This document shows, in pieces, positions 10,247 through 16,323 of a DNA stretch of 32,000 bases; the stretch's first letter is position 1, and every line of letters starts with the position of its first letter. The notes below the pieces were generated by a model. It was not told the DNA's origin, did not search any database, and saw only the letters and a program-made list of their open reading frames with translations. The stretch comes from Promethearchaeota archaeon (GTDB lineage: Archaea > Asgardarchaeota > Lokiarchaeia > Sigyniarchaeales > SOKP01). Location of the stretch: contig JAUWGH010000001.1 in NCBI GenBank assembly GCA_030606485.1, positions 660,001 to 692,000 on the forward strand, written 5' to 3'. The position numbers and the translations under genes were made by a program.

Positions 10247-10867
10247 CTAAATGTCAATTTTCTCAAGTGCAATTTTTTTAACAAGATAATAAATAGGTTT
10301 ACTTAGGCGGTCCACTGCTGCAATTACCAATTCTTTTCTTGAGCTTATAGATGTCTGGGTTATTTTATCTAACTCATTTAAATTGATTGGGGTTCCTTCA
10401 AAAATGGGATATATTAAATATTTTGCAGGTTCAGTTGTAAAATCAGCACCTCTTTTATATACTCTGAATTCAAACCCTTCGCCATAACCTCCTCTAACAA
10501 AATAACCACGTTTTCTCAAATCATTATAGACTACATATTTTTGCCACAAATTTTTATACCACTTAGAGAAATAAATTAATAAATCCTCAAAGGAAAGTAA
10601 ATCATTTTCTTTAGTAGAGTCATCTTTTACAATATATATCCTGTTTCGTTCATGCAATAATAATATTTCAATTGGCTCCAATGTTAAAATATCCTTCTCA
10701 TCATCCTTCTCTTTATTTCCGATATAAGAGTTATCAAAAAATTCATTAATTCCATCTTGATCTTCAATAATTGCTTTATCGTCTCTTAAAAATGCTCTAA
10801 ATAGAAGTTTCTCTTGTTCTTTTTCCTCGGATTGTTCTCCGTCTTTTTTTTCATTCATTATATTCAT
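10247..10867 (-). CDS. endA: tRNA splicing endonuclease (EndA) family subunit, probably non-catalytic/structural
   Basis: VYNDLRKRGYFVR..G.EFRVY and RKELVIAAVD...IYY motifs; the catalytic His position appears to be Pro. Confidence 0.85.
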   Translation of the reverse strand: MNIMNEKKDGEQSEEKEQEKLLFRAFLRDDKAIIEDQDGINEFFDNSYIGNKEKDDEKDILTLEPIEILLLHERNRIYIVKDDSTKENDLLSFEDLLIYFSKWYKNLWQKYVVYNDLRKRGYFVRGGYGEGFEFRVYKRGADFTTEPAKYLIYPIFEGTPINLNELDKITQTSISSRKELVIAAVDRLSKPIYYLVKKIALEKIDI

Positions 10868-10967
10868 TAATTATATTTTAGGGCTATTATTATCTTAATT
10901 TATAATAAAAATTGAAAATAGTAAAATTTTTGCTTTTAAGAGTAAAATTTTCAAATAATAGGAAAAA

Positions 10968-11546
10968 TTGAAAATGGATTTGGAAGAAAAAATATTAGAA
11001 AAGTTAAAGGGTGCTAAAAAAATTGTTTTTATGGGCATTGGTGAAGATAAATTACGTGATGATGGTGTGGGTCCGTTTATTATTACTCAATTAAGTGAAA
11101 ATCCCAAATCAAATATACAATACATAAATGCACGAATTACTCCTGAAGAGAGAATGGAAGATATTTTAAATTTTTCTCCATCTCATATTGTTTTAATTGA
11201 TACATGCACCTTAAACAAACCTCCCGGAACTGTAGCAATCTTAGAAAAGGAGGACATTCTAAAATATGTTCCAATATCCTCACATACCATTCCTGTGCCC
11301 ATTTTTATTAGCATTTTGGAAGAAAAATTAAAAAATATAAAAATTTTCATGATTGGAATAGTACCAAAAAATATTGACCTTTCTGAGCCTTTAATACCTT
11401 ATAAGGAAGGATTAATTTCATTGGATGATTATGATGAGAACCCAGAACTACCTTATTTTGAATTTCAATTAACAAAAGAAGTGCGTGTAGCGGCTGAATT
11501 CGTAATAAAAACCATAATAGAAATTATGAATAAATCGAAAATTTAA
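10968..11546 (+). CDS. hycI: Hydrogenase maturation endopeptidase (HycI-like)
   Basis: MGIG...RDDGVG, LIDT and SSH(T) metal-ligand motifs; TTG start. Confidence 0.85.
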   Translation: MKMDLEEKILEKLKGAKKIVFMGIGEDKLRDDGVGPFIITQLSENPKSNIQYINARITPEERMEDILNFSPSHIVLIDTCTLNKPPGTVAILEKEDILKYVPISSHTIPVPIFISILEEKLKNIKIFMIGIVPKNIDLSEPLIPYKEGLISLDDYDENPELPYFEFQLTKEVRVAAEFVIKTIIEIMNKSKI

Positions 11547-11604
11547 TATTAAAAACAATTCTAAAAAATCATTATTATATTTAATATAAATTAATGAAAT
11601 TTAT

Positions 11605-12673
11605 ATGAAAAAAAAAAGGGAAGTCAATTTTTTTTCATAGTATTCTACTTCTATTTTTTTTGATTTCTTTAAATCTATTCTGTAATAAAAATATTTTTAA
11701 TAGGAATAAGATTGAAACAGAAGATGAAATTTTATTCCCTCAATTATCTACAGCAAATTCATTTATAATTGAATGGTTTAGAATATGGAATGGAAGTGGA
11801 TTTGATTCATATAATGCAATAACATTGGATTCTTCAAGTAGTATTTATGTTGCAGGACATAGAAGAAGGAATGGAATAGAAAATTTTGATATATGTCTAT
11901 TAAAATATAATAGTTCAGGTATTCTACAATGGGATACTACATGGAGTGGAAGTTCTGATGATTATGGAAGTGGAGTAGCAATATATTCTTTAGGTAATAT
12001 TTATATTGCGGAATACACAGGGAGTTACGGGGTGGGAGCTTATGATTTGTGCCTTGCGAAATATGATAGTTCAGTCGTTCAGCAATGGAATCGTACATGG
12101 GGCGGAAGTGATTATGATGCAGGACGTGGAGTGGCAGTAGATTCTTCAGATAATATTTATGTTGCGGGATACACAAATAGTTTCGGGACGGAAGGAGAGG
12201 ATAGGTATTTTGTGAAGTTTGGTATTGATTCGGATGGAGATGGATTATCTAATTGGCAGGAAGTAAATATTTATCCCACCAATCCAAATGATCCAGATAC
12301 AGATGGTGATGGATTTAGTGATGGAGAAGATGCATTTAACGGTTATGATCCGAATAATAAATGGAGTAAATCCTTTCATGGCTATGATAATTATAATTAT
12401 CACAGTAATCATATTTCTGGCAATTTTAGGGATTATAATTTTTATATCTTATCAAGATTTAAAGAGAAATAGGGAAAAGGAACAATTAGAGAGGGAACTA
12501 GAGGAAAGAGAAGAAGAGAGAGAAAGAAAGCGTTTAGAAATTTTGGAAAATGTCAAGAATATTTTTCGAGTAGTAAATCTGTTGCTTTCGATCAACAGAC
12601 AAACATCGATGAGATTGATAAATTAATGGATGCCTATAAAGAGTTGGAAGGTAAAAAGTTCAAAAAAGAATAG
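11605..12673 (+). pseudogene. Decayed paralog of the SBBP propeller-TM-PCI gene (3 blades, 2 DxDGDG repeats, TM, PCI C-terminal remnant)
   Basis: ATG at 11605 needs a +1 correction (A10/T8 runs) to reach the SBBP frame; extra A at 12368-12370 shifts the TM into ORF 12288..12626; 12553-12555 replaces about 325 nt present in copy B (14391-14715); 12557-12673 encodes EYFSSSKSVAFDQQTNIDEIDKLMDAYKELEGKKFKKE*, matching the end of 14381..14833. Confidence 0.85.
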
Positions 12674-12884
12674 GATATAATTAGAAATAAAGATTTTATC
12701 TTGTTTTTAATCTTGTTTTTAAAAGAATTAAACACCTTATAAATTATGAAAAAAAATTTTAACTATTTTTGTATAATCTCAGCATCCCTTTTCTATAATA
12801 ATACATATTGAAAAAACATTTATATAAATTCCATTCTTTTATTAATGTAATTTTCGTCAGAAATATTCAATAGCAGATAAAAAG

Positions 12885-14375
12885 ATGAAATATAGAAAAA
12901 TTTACACTATAATATTCATTTTAATCTTGTATTTTACCTTCATATTACAACTAAATGACACGATTTTTTATAAACACGATAATAAGAGCAATAGAACTAT
13001 ATTACCCATTTTATCTACCGGTGATGCAACTGTTTATAAGTGGAATCGTACATGGGGCGGAAGTGATTCTGAATGTGGAAAAGGAGTGGCAGTAGATTCT
13101 TCAGGTAATATTTATGTTGCGGGAACCACGGGGACTCTCGAGACGGGAGGTAGTGATATGTGTCTTGTGAAATATGACAGTTCAGGCGTTCAGCAATGGA
13201 CTTGTACATGGGGGGGAAGTTCTAGTGATTATGGAAGTGGAGTGGCAGTAGATTCTTCAGGTAATATTTATGTTGCGGGAACCACGGGGGTTTTATTGGT
13301 TAATTTTTACCGATATTTGCATCCGATTTGTGGTGATATGTGCCTTGTGAAATATGACAGTTCAGGCGCTCAGCAATGGAATCGTACATGGGGCGGAAGT
13401 TCTGGTGATTATGGAAGTGGAGTGGCAGTAGATTCTTCAGGTAATATTTATATTGCAGGATACACTGAGAGTTTCGGGGCGGGAAGTTGGGACATGTGCC
13501 TTGTGAAATATGACAGTTCAGGCGTTCAGCAATGGAATCGTACATGGGGCGGCAGGTTTTATGATGCAGGACATGGATTAACATTAGATTCTTCAGGTAA
13601 TATTTATATCGTGGGATACACAAGGAGTTTCGGGGCGGGAAATTATGATATGTGTCTTGTGAAATATGACAGTTCAGGCGTTCAGCAATGGAATCGTACA
13701 TGGGGGGGAAGTGATGAAGATTATGGAAATGGAGTGGCAGTAGATTCTTCAGGTAATATTTATATTGCGGGATACACAGGGAGTTTCGGGGCGGGAGGTG
13801 GTGATATGTATCTTGTGAAATATGACAGTTCAGGCGTTCAGCAATGGAATCGTACATGGGGCGGAAGGTTTTATGATACAGGACATGGATTAACATTAGA
13901 TTCTTTAGGTAATATTTATATCGTGGGATACACATCGAGTTTCGGGGCGGGATATTCTGATATGTGCCTTGTGAAATATGACAGTTCAGGCGCTCAGCAA
14001 TGGAATCGCACATGGGGCGGAATTTTTATGGATGAAGGATTTGGATTAACATTAGATTCTTTAGGTAATATTTATATCGTGGGACGCACATGGAGTTTCG
14101 GGGCGGGAGCTCATGATATGTGCCTTGTGAAGTTTTTTATTGATTCGGATGGAGATGGATTTAGTGATGAAGAAGAGGCATTAAGCGGTTATGATCCGAA
14201 TAATAAATGGAGTAATCCTTTTATGTCTATGGTAATAATTACAATAATCATAATTCTGGCAATTTTGGGAGTTTTAATCTTTATAGTTTATCCTTATATA
14301 AAGAGAAATAGGGAAAAGGAACGATTAGAGAGGGAACTAGAGGAAAGAGAAAGAAGAGAGAAAGAAAGCGTTTAG
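12885..14375 (+). CDS. Membrane-anchored SBBP-repeat 7-bladed beta-propeller protein (N-terminal part of a probably frameshifted gene)
   Basis: Hydrophobic N-terminus, seven WNRTWGG...DSSGNIY..G...D.CLVKYD repeats, DSDGDGFSD Ca-binding-type motif, C-terminal TM and charged coiled coil. Confidence 0.9.
   Translation: MKYRKIYTIIFILILYFTFILQLNDTIFYKHDNKSNRTILPILSTGDATVYKWNRTWGGSDSECGKGVAVDSSGNIYVAGTTGTLETGGSDMCLVKYDSSGVQQWTCTWGGSSSDYGSGVAVDSSGNIYVAGTTGVLLVNFYRYLHPICGDMCLVKYDSSGAQQWNRTWGGSSGDYGSGVAVDSSGNIYIAGYTESFGAGSWDMCLVKYDSSGVQQWNRTWGGRFYDAGHGLTLDSSGNIYIVGYTRSFGAGNYDMCLVKYDSSGVQQWNRTWGGSDEDYGNGVAVDSSGNIYIAGYTGSFGAGGGDMYLVKYDSSGVQQWNRTWGGRFYDTGHGLTLDSLGNIYIVGYTSSFGAGYSDMCLVKYDSSGAQQWNRTWGGIFMDEGFGLTLDSLGNIYIVGRTWSFGAGAHDMCLVKFFIDSDGDGFSDEEEALSGYDPNNKWSNPFMSMVIITIIIILAILGVLIFIVYPYIKRNREKERLERELEERERREKESV
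13041..14135 (+). repeat. Seven tandem 156-bp (52-aa) SBBP blade repeats
   Basis: Units start at 13041, 13197 (180 bp), 13377, 13533, 13689, 13845 and 14001; near-invariant block ttgtgaaatatgacagttcaggcg(t/c)tcagcaatgga at the junctions. Confidence 0.97.
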
Positions 14376-14380
14376 AAATT

Positions 14381-14833
14381 TTGGAAAATGATATTAAAGA
14401 AGAAATAATTATTATACGACAATTACAGAACGAAAACAAATTTGAAGAATCTATTAAGGAATTAAATGAATTGAAGAAAATTGTTGAAAAGGAAGGATTT
14501 ATTTCTCTAATTAAAGAGATAGACTCTTTATTATTGCATGCAAAAACTCATTTTGAAGAAGAAAGGGTCAAAAAGATTAAAAAAGTCGTATTGAATTTAG
14601 GTATAAAATTTGCAAGATTACAAATTTCAGATATTGCTGAAAAATGTGAATTAAAAGATGAACAATTAATCATTAACACTGTAAAAGATATGATTAAAAA
14701 TAAAGAGATCTTTGCAGAATATTTTTCGAGTAGCAAGTCTGTTGCTTTCGATCAACAGGCAAATATCGATGAGATTGATAAATTAATGGATGCCTATAAA
14801 GAGTGGGAAGATAAAGAGTTCAAAAAAGAATAG
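14381..14833 (+). CDS. PCI/winged-helix domain protein (probable C-terminal half of the upstream SBBP-TM gene)
   Basis: KKVVLNLGIKFARLQISDIAEKC...VKDMIKNKEIFAEYF...VAF fits the PCI winged-helix pattern; TTG start; copy A reads through this junction in frame (RKRLEILEN). Confidence 0.75.
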   Translation: MENDIKEEIIIIRQLQNENKFEESIKELNELKKIVEKEGFISLIKEIDSLLLHAKTHFEEERVKKIKKVVLNLGIKFARLQISDIAEKCELKDEQLIINTVKDMIKNKEIFAEYFSSSKSVAFDQQANIDEIDKLMDAYKEWEDKEFKKE

Positions 14834-14866
14834 GATATAATTAGAAATATATCTTTTAGCCTATTT

Positions 14867-15652
14867 TTACTTATATTTTTTGATGAATTCTTTCAAAGGT
14901 AAAAAATATTCTTCTTTATAGGAAAAAATGTCATTATGTCCAGCCCCTTCAATCATAATTAATTTTTTTTCAAATTCATCAGGAAGGGCATTATATATTA
15001 CTTTTGCCTCATCACAAGGAATAATCCAATCCATTGTTCCATGAATAATCAATACTGGCGTTTTAAATTTTTCAATACGAGTATCATTTGAGTATTGCTT
15101 TAATATTTCAGGGGTGATATTAGGACCACTTACTCTAAATAGTCTCGTCATCATGTTGTAAATACTCCCAAATCCACTTTCAAAAATAATGCCTCGTAAA
15201 TCTTTTGGATTATGAGCTCCAATTTCTGCGGCACAAACGCTTCCTAATGATCGCCCTAAGATAAAAAGCGAATCTTTTAAATTATTATCATCCATCCATT
15301 TTTTCATTTCATTGTAAATTGGAATAGCGTCCGATATTAAACTACTATATATTGGATCACCTGTACTAAAACCATAACCCCGAAAATCAACGACTGCTAA
15401 ATTTACCCCACATTGAAAAAATAGTGGTGCAAAATATTGATAATCAAGTGCAATTTCACCATTACCATGGAATAATAAAATCGTTGGGAGATCAGGATTA
15501 TTTAGAAAAAAAAATCCACCAATTAGGAGATTTTTACCAATTTGAAATTTTAACAGTTTAATGCTTGGATCTAAATTATTCGGAATCGCTATTTTGCGGG
15601 GATAAAACACGACATTAGAAATTCTAGGATCATCCAAAAACAATATTTTCAC
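14867..15652 (-). CDS. Alpha/beta hydrolase (BEM46/ABHD13-like)
   Basis: LFHGNGE, DFRGYG, nucleophile GRSLG, IHGTMD and GAGHND catalytic-triad motifs. Confidence 0.9.
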   Translation of the reverse strand: MKILFLDDPRISNVVFYPRKIAIPNNLDPSIKLLKFQIGKNLLIGGFFFLNNPDLPTILLFHGNGEIALDYQYFAPLFFQCGVNLAVVDFRGYGFSTGDPIYSSLISDAIPIYNEMKKWMDDNNLKDSLFILGRSLGSVCAAEIGAHNPKDLRGIIFESGFGSIYNMMTRLFRVSGPNITPEILKQYSNDTRIEKFKTPVLIIHGTMDWIIPCDEAKVIYNALPDEFEKKLIMIEGAGHNDIFSYKEEYFLPLKEFIKKYK

Positions 15653-15771
15653 TTTTTTTTAAGAATTATGCTAATTTTTAAAAAACACAATTGTGAGATT
15701 ATAGGAAATAAAAAGATATTTAATATTAAATTTTATTACTTTTCATAAAATTGAATACTTTTTTTTAAAAT

Positions 15772-16131
15772 ATGAAAAAACTCAAAACAAAATTAGTTCG
15801 GTGTAAACTTTGTTCAAATCCATTTTTTAGAGATCAAAACTCTACAAGCGAAATTTGCGAAAATTGTATTAAACTTGAAGAAAGACGTAAGAGAACGGCT
15901 GCACTAAAAGTAAAACAGGAAGAAATGCAGAAAGACATAAATAAAATGGAAAATCAACTTAAGATTACTATGTCGCAGCGGAAGAAAGAGGAAATTAAAA
16001 AGGAGATCGAAGAAAGAACTTTTTCTTTATCAAAATCAATAGAACTCTTAGTAAAATATGAAGAAACAGGTGATGAGATTTATATTGAGCAGTATATGAA
16101 CCTGTTTAAGTTATTGAAAAAAAATAAGTAA
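15772..16131 (+). CDS. Hypothetical protein, N-terminal Zn-ribbon plus coiled coil
   Basis: CKLC...CENC followed by a charged heptad-rich helix; occupies the gap between flanking genes. Confidence 0.7.
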   Translation: MKKLKTKLVRCKLCSNPFFRDQNSTSEICENCIKLEERRKRTAALKVKQEEMQKDINKMENQLKITMSQRKKEEIKKEIEERTFSLSKSIELLVKYEETGDEIYIEQYMNLFKLLKKNK

Positions 16132-16221
16132 TATTATAACCATGAATTCCGTATCTATTTTTGAATTATAATTATAATAAAAATGTGAAAAATATTAAAA
16201 TTAAAATCCATTAATTAGAAG

Positions 16222-16323
16222 TTAGTTTCTCAATTTTATTCTCTTAGATTTATTAAGAATCGCAATTACTCCTATTCCTGCAAGCAGTGAAATAATGATC
16301 CATCCATCAGGATATCCAGGAAT
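16222..16323 (-). other. Loki-CTERM-type C-terminal sorting signal
   Basis: IPGY at 16323-16312, then the hydrophobic segment WIIISLLAGIGVIAIL and the basic tail KSKRIKLRN, the tripartite form of archaeosortase-type signals. Confidence 0.75.

Noticed and set aside
10968-11546. Selenoprotein/SECIS signal near the hydrogenase protease
   Set aside because: No in-frame TGA interrupts any recognisable gene in the window.
12698-12721. 12-bp tandem duplication ATCTTGTTTTTA x2
   Set aside because: Short, low-complexity, located in a T-rich terminator-like zone; no functional evidence.
13015-14013. Minus-strand ORFs of 237 aa and 64 aa over the SBBP repeats (and 11937..12176)
   Set aside because: Same repeat-shadow effect; they mirror the 156-bp periodicity.
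14340-14381. Programmed -1 ribosomal frameshift at the SBBP/PCI junction
   Set aside because: No canonical X XXY YYZ heptamer or evident downstream structure; a DNA-level 1-nt loss relative to copy A explains it more simply.
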